DNA from: Podarcis pityusensis
Taxonomy: Eukaryota
DNA length: 64,000 bases
Assembly: GCA_964106645.2 (NCBI GenBank)
Contig: OZ067039.1
Strand: one strand, 5' to 3'
Each line of letters starts with the position of its first letter. Positions within the stretch are counted from its first letter, which is position 1. This document shows, piece by piece, positions 12,144-23,399 of this stretch. The notes beneath the pieces were generated by a model. It was not told where the DNA came from and made no database searches. It saw nothing but the letters and a program-made list of their open reading frames with translations. A program made the position numbers and the translations under genes.

Positions 12144-14687
12144 TACAGTGTGGTTTTTTAATATATATATATATATAGTTGACAGCATCCCTTTAAATAA
12201 GGATAAAAAGCCCTGTACCGCATGGCAGTGTAGCACCTAAAACTAGTCTGTATTCAAGTGCTATTAAAAAGCCTCAATGGAATGACTTCTAACTTTTTGC
12301 ATATTAAAATTAAGTAAAAGAAAACAAGCATGTGAAGGATTGTTCTATCCTACCAGTGCACTGTGTGAACATTTGTACAATAGAAAATTCATGCTTTAAA
12401 TAGTGACCTTATAAAAAAAAATTAACATTTTTTTATACAACATGCAGCAATATTAAAACCAGTTGTTCGTTCTTCCCCTACTTGACCTCAGAAGTTTAGT
12501 CACCCTAGTGAGGCTGGAGTTCTACACATATTGAGGTCTGCAGAGACAGCTCTCCTGGTCCAGGCTGTTCTTCAGCCAAGAAGACACACGAGGGCACGTG
12601 GTCCTTTTTGTACTGTCTTGATTTCCAACAACTCCTTCCAGTAACACAATATTAAATACACTCATTTGGTAAATAATTTTGTAATTAGCTTTGGTTTGCA
12701 ATACTTTTACACAGTTTCAGGAAATGGCCAGATCCGTCCAAAGCAGCCACAAACTGTTTCTTACACATGCCCTTCCATACTGTGCGACCCTTCTGAATTG
12801 CAGTGCACAGAGGTTTACAGAAGAAATAAAAACACTGATGAATTGGCCAGTACTGCAAAGTACCCAGCTAGCCAAGAAGAACAAGCTCCTCCTCTTTGGA
12901 TGTGGATTCATAGCTGTTCTCTGGAAGACCTTGCATGGGATTTTCACTCTGCTCCCTGCACTACAGGTGAGGCTGGGCAGGAAATCCAGAAAAAAGCAAT
13001 GGCTAAGGCACGAAGATACTGTGGTCTTGAGCATCCTCTGCAGTTAGTTCTGTGTCACAATACTGTAAATGGGAGCTTCTTTTCACAAGCCTTAGGCAAT
13101 TAAAAGGTTGAATATGATGTCAATGAGGCTGCTGCTTGTGTAGTGTAGATCACAGACAGGTGTGTTGAAGGAAAGGATGTCTTGAAAGAGGTGCAGCACC
13201 ATGTGAAGGAGGCAGTAGAGGTTTATTTTTTAAGGCGATTCTTCTCACTGGTATTGTGTGCATTGCAAGGTATCTGTTTGGTTCAGTTGACTGCTATTGT
13301 CTTGCTGTTCGGAGGCGCCATTCTGCTGTAGTAGAATGTGCTTTGTGATGCTGCACGCTTCCATGCTAGGTGTTTTTGGCTGAATGCTTCACGCTTTCTG
13401 TGGGACATCAGCATGATGTCATCAAATTATTATCCTGTTTTTCCTTCTGTCTCTTCATACCATTTTTAAAAGAGAACAACAGTACGATCCCCATAGCTGT
13501 AGATCACCATAGTACTATTCTATCCTTTTTGTGTGGATTTTATGTACACTCTGACATACTGGGCAGGTGAACCTGTTGCTAGTCATCTACTTCAGCACAC
13601 CATCCCTATTAGTTTTTCCATTTGCACAATTTTGTAAGTATGGTTTTTCAAAGCATCTTTTATTTGTGCTAGAACACTTTTGCCTATTTATTAGAATTGA
13701 AATAATCACACAATTGTACTTACATGAAAAACAATTTAACTCAAATTTTAAGAATTGAAATTGCTTTAAAAATTGTTGTTTTCTTACCATTATCTTAATT
13801 TAAAAAGTGCTGTATTTTTTAAGAAGCCATAAAAGTAAACCATATAATAGAACTTTAAAAAAGTGGTTTGTTGTAAATTAAAGAATTAATTTGGCTTGTT
13901 CAGAATGGTCCCTTTCCCACTTCCATGCCTATGTCATATCTAGTGGTGCAGATTACACATAAAACAAGTACTATATCCTCAACTCTGAGTGTGGAAAGTT
14001 TTTCTGTATGGAAAAGACTTTATGGAGAGTAATGATTGTGCACAACTAAGAGTTGCCAATTTGGAAGTACCTATATAAGTACCTGCCCTCCCCTTTCAAC
14101 ATATGTCTCACCACCTGCTTAAGCTGTATTAATTTATAGCACCGGTATAGTTCAAGCAAAGTTTCACTCAAGGGCCATAAACATCATAGCAGACTATTGT
14201 TTTAAAGGCTTATTCACCTCCTTAACTAGTATTTTGAAGCATGATGCACCTTTGACAGCAGCTGCCATTTTCAGATTTGGTTGCAACAGGAAGCAGAAGT
14301 GATTTTGTTTTTTAAAAATAAATTAATAAATCCTGACATATAGGGACCGGTTTAGTTAAAATACGCTTTCCATCACTGTGGATACAGTAGTGTAATTTGT
14401 TTTAAACTACCACCTAGCTTTGAGCCAAGTAGGATACATTTTAAGTGCCGTTGGGACTTTTGCTTCTACATTTCTTTTGTCAGTCTCATAACTAGACTCA
14501 AGATTTAGCCCCCAGTCAACTATCTGCTTCCTAGGCCCAACCACTCAGCATTTGGTCTATAGGCAAAAGTAAAACTGAGGGGAATGTAAAGGGTTTTGAA
14601 CTTGCTAGAATGAAAGATAAGAAGGTATGTGCAAGAAGACAAACGGTAAGCTCACTGGGCATTAAGGAAATTATTAATAATCATTTA

Positions 14688-14910
14688 CAGTCATACCTTG
14701 GGTTGAATGCGCTTCGGGTTGAGCATGTTCAAGTTGCGCTCCGCGGCAACCCGGAAGTAACGGAGCGTGTTACTTCCAAGTTTCGCCGCTTGCGCATGCA
14801 CAGACGCTCAAAATGACGTCATGCGCAGACGTGCCATTGCTAGTTACGTTTGCTTCTAGATGCAAACGGGGCTCCGGAACAGATCCCGTTCATATCTAGA
14901 GGTACCACTG
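14688..14910. mobile_element. Tc1/mariner-pogo MITE inside the putative MYOCD 3'UTR
   Basis: TA|CAGTCATACCTTGGGTTG ... AGAGGTACCACTG|TA; CpG-rich interior. Confidence 0.75.
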
Positions 14911-16762
14911 TATAGGTAAATTATAACATTCAATTGTTACTGTGGACATTCAGCGGTATAGTGAGGATCTGTTGCTCAAGTGGATCTGAGTATAGTTTGG
15001 AATTGTGGCTGAGGGCTGGGCCCTCACTTTGTGGTATACAGGGAGAACTATGGTTAAAACGAATAAAGGGTAGATATCTCACAACATAGTGCTTTGCTCA
15101 TTACCCAGACTTTGTTTTTTATATGTAGCTTTGGAGTCATCACCTGGGTGAAGCCTACCCACATGTGAACAAAGGAACCCTACCAGGCTGGCAGCATTTG
15201 CATCTTCTTTTAATGAGGCAACATATTTGAGTGATACATTGCAATATTCTTGTCTGCCCTCAGGAAAGCGATGGTTAGGAACATAATGAGTATCTGGTGC
15301 TTGGTATGAAGCCTTTGGGCTGGGAATTGGTTCCTGTGTAGCTGGGCCTGCTGTAGTCCTGCCTTGTACCAGCTAACCTGACCTTGCCCTAGATGAAAAC
15401 CTGGCAGCCTCCTTTTTGGGGTCTGCCCTGTGCAGTAACAGGTGTGAGCATTCTAGCAGCAGCTTGATGGTCATGTATGATACAGCATACAGATCTGTTG
15501 CGACATGTAGAGAAAACCCAGACTGCGTTCTGTACCATCACTCACGGACTTAGATCTGGCAATATCTTAATTTAAAGATCGACAAAGGCCATAGGTTTAG
15601 GCTACAACAGTTGCCCAGTTTCTTCCACCGTGGTAGACTTAGTCGTAAATTTGCAACCTTCACTTGTTATGCTGATTAAACTTTGTCACTTTTTCAGATC
15701 GGCTCTGGGCAACATATTATTCAATATTATCAATTTATTCAAGACTGCCTGTTTATTAAACTGAATAAATTATTTGGTATATGAGGAGGAATGTGAGTCC
15801 TTCGAAGTGTTTTTGGAATTTGAAACAGAATTTAAATTGGTAATCCTTTCCATTTTTATAAGTTACGATTACTTTATTGCTTCTTGTAAATTTATTCATG
15901 ACGATCTGATACACTCACAGATAATATTTATATCATATATAAGAATATTGTTGGTTTTAATAGTGTGTTGAAATGCTATAGATTTATCTATATCAAATTA
16001 TAGATATGTTTATATTTTTAATTTAATTAAGAAATGAGCAAAGTACTTATGAAGGGAGGAATGTACCCTGAAACAGAAAATTGATAGAAGTCGCCCCAGA
16101 CCTCTAGTCAATTAAAAGTCCTTCATTTATGTACTTGCTTTTTATATTATTCTGCATTCTTTTCAAGCTGAGTGCCCACCACATAAACAAGTCAGATTGC
16201 TTTACTTCTATTTCTAGTGCCTTTAAAATTGGTAAGACAGGGCAGAGGGAGAAGTGTTTAGTGAAAGGATGGCTTGGAGGTTACTGGTCTGACAATGGCT
16301 TCTTCGTGAGCTGACTTTTTTTTAAGTCTTCATGTATAGAATCAGGAGGAAAGGCAGTGGCTGCCATGCAGTGTGTTGCAAGCTGTAAGTGAACCAAATT
16401 TTTCCCCACAGTAGGTAATAAGAGACAATATAGCAGAACCTGATCTGGATGATAGATATGTTAGGGATGAAATGGATGTGCATACCAAACATAATTCTGC
16501 TGCAGAGTGAGTCTTTCTTGGAAGCTACTAAAGTTAGCTGTGCTTGCTGAGGAGGAGACTCCTGCGCCAGAGATTTGCTTTGTGGTGTGTGGGAGATTAT
16601 CTGGCAATTTCATTTGTAATAGGGGAGGGGAATGTCCTGGGAAAACTGACTCCAGTTTCTTCTCCCTGGCTGTCACCAGAGCTCTCTGATAAAGTATCTG
16701 AGTCTCTTTAATGGAAATCTGTTTGTGTTCAGCTGCATCCCCACACATAAGGCTTATTCTGT

Positions 16763-17331
16763 TCACCACTGTTGTAAATGCAGGTCCATGGTACTGTTCA
16801 AGTTGAGATCACTAACATCTAAGAAATCAATGTTGAAGATGCTGGGCCCAGTGGTGGTGAGGGAACCGAAACCGTTGGCTGAGCTAGGCGGAGTGAGGTC
16901 CAGCCATTCCATTGTTTCCCAAGGAGACTCTGTGAAGCTCATGTGCAAACCAGTTCCTTCCCCAGAAGAGGGAGACAGCTGGGTCTCCATGGGCGACAGG
17001 GGAGTGGGCAGGATCTCGTGGGGTGTCAGCAGTTCATCGGCAGCTTTGTTGGAAAATCCTTCCATCACCCCTTCAAAGTGTGGTTCTTCACCCACTTTCA
17101 GTAGGGTGATTTCACTCGACCGCCCCAGAGGGCTGTGGGAATTTAACAAGATTTCCAGATGACTGTTGTTGCTGCTAGGGCAGTGTTCAAAGGACAGCTG
17201 ACCTGAGGGGCCTTGCTCAAATGAAGCAGATGTCTTCAGTAGCGAGGAAGTGCCGGAGGTCCCCGAAGACACTGTTATCTGAGGCACCTTCTGAAGGCAA
17301 GGGCGGTCCTCTTTGGCATTTGCAGGCATTT
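16763..17331 (-). CDS. MYOCD: MYOCD last coding exon (transactivation domain) with stop codon
   Basis: caaacag|AAATGCCT...CAGTGG TGA; (E)MPANAKEDRPCLQKVP...ESPWETMEWLDLTPP...FNIDFLDVSDLNLNSTMDLHLQQW*. Confidence 0.97.
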
Positions 17332-17859
17332 CTGTTTGCAAACAAAAAAGGCTCATCAAGAGCAGATCTACAACTTTACTATGCCATGCACCCCAAGCCA
17401 CCCTACAACTTGAAATGTTATAAAACATCTTGCACATCAGTGATTACTGCCTGTCAAGACGGCAGACTCCTTTGTCTACAGTATGAGATACCCAATGGAG
17501 CACATCGTAATTCACTGTTGCTGTCAGAGAAGTGTGTCCTACTTTTCTTTTGGTTGGATATAGCTTTATGTGATGCTATGCTAGAGTAACTTGGCATACC
17601 AGGAATCTACTTTGTGGTTCTGTGAGCCTGTAAGGTGTAACTAGGAATGCCTGGGTGAGAAGAACAGAAAGATCGCAGAAGAGCCAACAGCAGATTGTGG
17701 TCAGGGAACACAGTAGGTGCTCCATCCAAGGACCGCAGGAAGGAAATCAGTAGAAGAAATTATCACTAAGTATATGTGTGTTGGCAAGAACTTGTTAAGA
17801 GGGAAAAAGATGAGTGGATGAGTATGGGACATCCTACAGCAACTAGAATCTTAATATTT

Positions 17860-18075
17860 CACCAAACCATTATTAGGCATTACAAGTATAAAACATTGAT
17901 ATATAAAATTTAAAATATATACAAATAAATAGACATGTAAACTATATAAAAATGGGATTTCTTCCCACTAAATAGTGCCATTCACCACTCTAAGAGATAC
18001 TGTTGACCAAAACTCAGCCACCCTTGCAGTTACTTCCAGGTTAATGTCAGACAGATAGATTCCTGTATGCTTATA
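17860..18075 (-). mobile_element. Short 3' fragment of the same LINE family as 23400
   Basis: Aligns by eye to 23414-23620 (CTAAATAGTGCCA..CACC.CTCTAAGAGATACT..TGA...AGCCACC.TTGCAGTTACTTC...TGTCAGACAGATAGA). Confidence 0.7.
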
Positions 18076-18352
18076 TCAGATTCTGATTGTTAAGACCACA
18101 CAATCTATTTTAGTGCAAGGGTGGCTAAACTGTGGCCCTCCAGATTTTGGGCTTCATCTCCCATCATTGCTGACTGGGGTTGATGTGAGTTGGGGTCCAG
18201 TGACAGTCTGAGGGCCACATCTGGTTGCTTAAAATAAGCCCATCAAGAAAATGCACTTTGGGAGCGGCACTTTCTTTCATGGGCTATGACCATGGCTACA
18301 TTGAGCAGTAGGCATTGGGCTCAAATTATGGCTTACTATGACTAGGGGGTAA

Positions 18353-18706
18353 GGACGCAGGTGGTGCTGTGGGTTAAACCACAGAGCCTAAGACTTGCCA
18401 ATCAGAAGGTCTGCAGTTCGAATCCCCTTGACAGGGTGAGCTCCCGTTGCTCGGTCCCTGCTCCTGCCAACCTAGCAGTTCGAAAGCACGTCAAAGTGCA
18501 AGTAGATAAATAGGTACCACTCCGGCAGGAAGGTAAACGGCGTTTCCGTGCGCTGCTCTTGTTCGCCAGAAGCAGCTTAGTCATGCCAGCCACATGACCC
18601 GGAAGCTGTACGCCGGCTCCCTTGGCCAATAAAGCGAGATGAGCGTCGCAACCCCAGAGTCGGCCATGACTGGACCGAATGGTCAGGGGTCCCTTTACCT
18701 TTACCT
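18353..18706 (+). mobile_element. Full-length Sauria-type SINE (tRNA-derived head, ACCTTT tail)
   Basis: GGACGCAGGTGGTGCTGTGGGTTAAACC...GTTCGAATCC (B box)...GGGGTCCCTTTACCTTTACCT; TSD TATGACTAGGGG at 18337 and 18707. Confidence 0.9.
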
Positions 18707-18890
18707 TATGACTAGGGGAAATTCTCTGAAATTGCCATTTTGGGTACCACCCTTCAGGCAATGAAAAGCATTGGGGCTAGGGGTTAGTGCAGACACAGCG
18801 ATCACAGTGCACCCTCTTTGGGCAGCCGGAGACTTCGCTCATACTTACTTTGACCAGAACCAACAGTCTTGCCTTAGGGATATCACCTAC

Positions 18891-18948
18891 CTCCAGTTTC
18901 AATAAGCACATCCAACAGTTCATCCATTTGCTGGCTTCGGGTCATCTG
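18891..18948 (-). CDS. MYOCD: MYOCD exon 12
   Basis: gctgcag|CAGATG...ACTGGAG|gtaggt; 58 nt; QMTRSQQMDELLDVLIETG(E). Confidence 0.95.
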
Positions 18949-19812
18949 CTGCAGCAAGAAAAAAGCAAGGGATGTTAGGAAGTTGGTACTGGAGCCACAC
19001 ACTACTATACTAGAAAAATCAGCTTTGATGGATATTGAGAGATGCTTTCAAAAGAAAGCTGAAGCCTCAGACATATAAGGATGATAGAATCTCCTAGACA
19101 GGCATGTTAAATAAACAATGATTCCTTAGTAACTAGTTGAAACAGGTCTCCTACAATACTTGAGCAGTTTTTTGTGCGTATAGTAGGCTGTTATGTATTA
19201 CAATTAATACCATTATAGTTCATAAAAGCCTCAGAGAAGCAAGATCAATAGCCCTCCCAAAGTGGAATGAAAACTCCCTCCTTCACTCAGATGTTCAACC
19301 TGTAACTAATGTTACTTAGAATAAAATCCCACCACATTCATTGGTACTTACTTCCTAGTAAGTATGCTTACGTTGGCTCCTGTTAACCCACACAAACTTT
19401 GTGTGACCCACTGCAATTACCTCTTTAGGGGCCATCCTGCAGTGCTCTTGTGTGTACTTTTTTGAACCAAGTGTTCAGCTGTAGCTTGCAAACTTAGTTC
19501 ATTCAGAGATCATTCTGTTTCTTCTAAAAATTCAGATGGCCCTTCCAACAGAAGTCACCTGAATCACTTCAGCTGCTTATTCAATGTCTGAACAAATAAG
19601 AGGTTGAATGAATTTGCATTTGCTTTTAATCCAATTGACTGTATATAACTCTTTCGACAACAATAAATTCAGTTTTCAAGGCTGTCGGTAGTCATCTGCT
19701 TTCACTCATAGGTCACACAACACTCTCAAATCTGCAGTTGGCTTTGATGTACATAACAATCAAAGCAAGCTATCTGCAGCCAAGCATAGCCTACCAAGCA
19801 CCAGCCTGTTAC

Positions 19813-19926
19813 CTGTTTCACAGCATCAGCGTAGGGTGGTGGCTGCTTTCCATCTGGGAGGGCAGCATTTGACTTGCAAAAGCCAGGAGACAGAATGGAA
19901 TACTTCTGACTACCTTGTGCTGGCAC
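19813..19926 (-). CDS. MYOCD: MYOCD exon 11 (contains a PPxY motif)
   Basis: cacacag|GTGCCA...AAACAG|gtaaca; 114 nt; VPAQGSQKYSILSPGFCKSNAALPDGKQPPPYADAVKQ. Confidence 0.92.
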
Positions 19927-20233
19927 CTGTGTGGAACCAAAATCAATCACAGGGATCAAGCCAAACTTGGGCCAAGACTGCTATTCAGCAGTTGCCTCCA
20001 TAAATTTACCTCTTGCACATGGGAACAAATCAACAGTCAATGAGGTGATCTCATTGCAAATCCAGTGGAAGCATGAGAAAAAGTCAAGGCTCCGGAAGCC
20101 CATCTCCCTTGCTGTAATAACAGTTTTGCCATTGATAATGGCACTTACAAAGTTCTGCAAAGGAATTTTGAAATAATATTGAATTCCCCCACCCACTAGC
20201 AGAAAACTGCAGTAAAGGCTGCCTGGTTTAGGG

Positions 20234-20483
20234 CAGGGGTGAGCCAACTTTTTCAGCAGGGGGCCGGTCCACTGTCCCTCAGACCTTGTGGGGGGCCGGA
20301 CTATATTTTTTTGGGGGGGAATGAATGAACTTCTATGCCCCACAAATAACCCAGAGGTACATTTTAAATAAAAGCACACATTCTACTCATGTAAAAACAC
20401 ACTGTTTCCTGGACCATCCGCGGGCCAGATTTAGAAAGCGATTGGGTCGGATGCGGCCCCGGGCCTTAGTTTGCCTACCCATG
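20234..20483. mobile_element. hAT-type MITE
   Basis: CAGGGGTGAGCCAACT ... AGTTTGCCTACCCATG; degenerate 8-bp TSD GTTTAGGG/GCTTAGGT; same family as 45208, inverted. Confidence 0.75.
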
Positions 20484-20937
20484 GCTTAGGTGATATACTT
20501 TCTTTTGAATGGGCAGGAGAGAGTTACAGGGTCACCAAGGGTGGTAATAAAGCTGTATATGTGGAAGAGTGGGTAGTGTCCAGTTTCTTAATGACTTCTG
20601 AAAAAGTTGAACCTACTCTGCTTATGTGTATGCCACCATCCTTGAAATGCCGTTCTGCAACTTGAATGCAAACCAACAGATGTATATTTTAATCACTGGA
20701 AGATGGGCAATTAAACTCCTCCTTTCCTGTTTGGTATTTCATCAACTGAGAAGCAATAATAGCTACAGTAGGTAAACTGGGCCTGGACACATGGAACACA
20801 GCCTGCCAGTTTTGAAACATTGCACTGCCCCCCAGTCTGATTCTGGGCACAGTTCAAAGTGCCTTTGAAGCTCTGAGCAGTTTGGAATCTGGATAGAATG
20901 GGAGCTGCTTTAACACCCTCCCCTAACTCTGCACCCC

Positions 20938-20977
<40 letters not shown>
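20938..20977. repeat. (AAT)n microsatellite 16 nt past the MYOCD exon 10 donor
   Basis: About 13 perfect units. Confidence 0.95.
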
Positions 20978-20980
<3 letters not shown>

Positions 20981-20993
20981 GTAGCTTTCTTAC

Positions 20994-21944
20994 TGGAGCT
21001 GTGCGAAGATGGCTGCTGGGCTGTGGAGAGCTGCTGCGTCCTTCTCCCTGAGTGCTGGGGGACACAGAGAGGAGGTAATGGCTGTTTGGTGAGGGTGGAA
21101 GGCTGATGTGTTGCGGACTCTTTGCTGCCTCTAGTGGAGAATGCTGGGGAGAGCACTGTGGGCTTAGGAATGTGGAGGACAGTATGCCGCTCTGTCCTGA
21201 CGGTTCCATGCAATGGCTATTTACAAGATGGGGCAGCTGAGGTGTCCCACAGTTTCTCAGTGTGTCCGAGTTGCTAGCCTGGCCTTTCAAGGAAGCTTGC
21301 TTAGAGGCAAAGGGACAACTGGACGCTGGGTTTTCTTGCTTGATCGGAAAGCCGAAGAAGTGTGGAGAGGGCTGCTTCTCGTCCAAGCCGTGGCTCCTTT
21401 TGCGCTTCTGCAGCTGCATCCTCAGCTCTTCCACTTGCCTCTGCTCTTGCTGCAGTTTCCAGGTCAGCTCATTGATGACCTTCTGCTTTTCCACCAGCAT
21501 CTTGTCTTTCTCTGTGTCAACCCTTTCCACGTCGAGCTGGATGCCAGCGCCGTTCATGCTTCCCATCAGGCTTTCTTCACACCCGCCTTGCACAGGGGAA
21601 GGGTGCAGGACAAAATGGGGGGAAGACATTGGTCCTTCGTTGAAACTGTCTGGCAAGGAGCCATTCACCGATAGGTCTGAGGAAGCTGGGGAGATGGGGG
21701 GAGTAGAGCTGGTGCTGCCAAAGTGGTAAAAGCCATTGGACAGCAGGCTGGCCGAAGACTGCGACTGGTAGCTGGAGAGAGAGTTGGTTGGTGTCACTGG
21801 GAAGGTGACGGTGGTTATCTCATTGAAGCTGGGCACAGAACCCCCGCTGCACTCCTGGAAGGGCCTCAGGCGTTCCATCAAGGCCGTTTTCGTACCTGAT
21901 ACAGGGAGGCCCCTTATTCGGAGCTGCTGCCTCAGCTCCGACAC
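20994..21944 (-). CDS. MYOCD: MYOCD exon 10 (SAP domain, leucine zipper)
   Basis: attccag|GTGTCG...GCTCCA|gtaaga; 951 nt; VSELRQQLRIRGLPVSGTKTALMERL...KDKMLVEKQKVINELTWKLQQEQRQVEELRMQL...HLRTAP. Confidence 0.97.
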
Positions 21945-22263
21945 CTGGAATGAAAGCCGTTTAGTCAGTGGCAAGGTCGCTTTTCAGTTCAACTTTGTGG
22001 CAAAGTAGCAACCTGCTTACAGTGGATCCTGACCCAAATCTAAACCAGAGATTATTTGCACGGACAAAGAGTTGGGCTGGGTAAAGTTTGGGCTCCAAAA
22101 TGGCTGCTATTAATTGGACTGGATATGTCAGTTTGTCCCTGTGCTGCTTAGCACAACATTACTTGGACATCTCTAATTATTTCTATTGCCTTAGGTGCTA
22201 TGCTGTTCAAATTAAAATTATGCAAGTTGTAATAAGCCTGGAGTGGGACTGAACGTCTGCACC

Positions 22264-22390
22264 CAGGGCTTATTTTTCAGCCGGAATTCAGTTTCAGCAC
22301 CTCTCAGGTGAGCTCCGTTGCCATTCTAAGAGAACAAGGGAGACATTCATTGTGAGTTCTGGCACCTCTTTTTCTAGAAAAATAGCACTG
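22264..22390. mobile_element. Short hAT-like MITE
   Basis: CAGGGCTTATTTTTC ... GAAAAATAGCACTG; 6/8 TSD match TCTGCACC/CCTACACC. Confidence 0.6.
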
Positions 22391-23176
22391 CCTACACCTA
22401 ATGAATTTGTGGCTGGTTTTAACCTGGGCTGCCCTTCTTACATTTTAGATATAGACAGAGCAGTGCTTCTTGAGAAACTTGGGGGAAAGAGAAGGCATGC
22501 TTTCCAGTCAACCATCATTACTCCTGAGGATACTCTCCTGTCCCTGCTTAGGAGCTGCAGCCCTTTGGGCACAAGCAAGTCCTCCAGGTGAAGACTAGGC
22601 AGAACATCAGAGCTTGTTGAACTTCCCATTACTTTGCTTCCTGTGGATGGCCTATATTTTCAGCAACAGCTGCCTGAGGTTGTGCCTCTGGCACATGCCT
22701 GTGTGTATATAAGTGTTCGCTTAGGGAACTTGGTTTCAATTGATATCTTAACGTATGTTATTTTTAATGCTTGAGGTTTTTTCTTGTTCCAGGGTTGCCT
22801 TTGTGTTAATTTTGTTTTAATTTAGTGTGTTAGTAAAATAATGGTTTGCATTCTTAAACAACGAATATTATTGAAATAGAACTGGCTCTGCCATCTGTTT
22901 TTAAACAAGCTACGATGTCCGATTTTATTAGTTCTAAGTCAGCTTTGGCAAATAATAATTTGGTCTCTTCTCTACAGTCCACTGACCCTAGTTGGTCTGT
23001 TGATCTTATGGTGGTGGTTGACTGCTTCAATTTATGTGATATTTGAATTTTGATTAATTTGGGATATTGACCGAAGTGCATGTGTTAACCATGTGTTTGC
23101 TGGAGGAACACACTGCCTCCACATGTAGTTTCAGAAGGTTTTACACTTTTCATCAACTTTTGCATTCAGTACTCAC

Positions 23177-23330
23177 TTTTAAATCATCCAGGTTGGATGG
23201 GAGAGGACCTGGCTTGAGAGACGAAATGCAGGATTGCCCTGAAAAGCTTCCCTTCCCAGGGGAAAGAGGGCTGTTGGCAACTGTCGATGGGGAAGAGTTT
23301 GAGGTTTTGGCCATTTGCTCATTGGGTTGC
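23177..23330 (-). CDS. MYOCD: MYOCD exon 9 (start of the SAP domain)
   Basis: tttacag|GCAACC...TTAAAA|gtgagt; 154 nt; QPNEQMAKTSNSSPSTVANSPLSPGKGSFSGQSCISSLKPGPLPSNLDDLK. Confidence 0.96.
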
Positions 23331-23399
23331 CTGTAAAAAATAAAAGTGCAGAACATTTTCCCCCTTTTGTTTTCTTCTTCTTTTTAAATATCAGTATTC

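Larger units (their letters stand above)
12100..16762 (-). other. MYOCD: Putative long MYOCD 3'UTR (~4.6 kb, end approximate)
   Basis: Lies between the TGA at 16763 and the poly(A) signal cluster near 12.1 kb; AU-rich with several miR-1/206 seed matches. Confidence 0.55.

Noticed and set aside
12666-13103. 145-aa and 118-aa + strand ORFs between the two genes
   Set aside because: No recognisable domain or splice structure; they are antisense to the putative MYOCD 3'UTR and within chance length.
18402-18761. Similar ORFs recurring at 18402, 31437 and 49668 (CFRTARLAGAGTEQ)
   Set aside because: They are antisense translations of the non-coding Sauria SINE.
20910-20993. Poly-Ile, poly-Leu and poly-Tyr runs in ORFs 20910..21974, 20711..20980 and 20923..21213
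   Set aside because: They are translations of the intronic (AAT)n microsatellite beyond the exon 10 donor.
21213-22008. Long + strand ORFs (153-155 aa) and similar ORFs at 16725..17162 and 24693..24935
   Set aside because: They are antisense shadows of GC-rich MYOCD exons with no independent gene signals.
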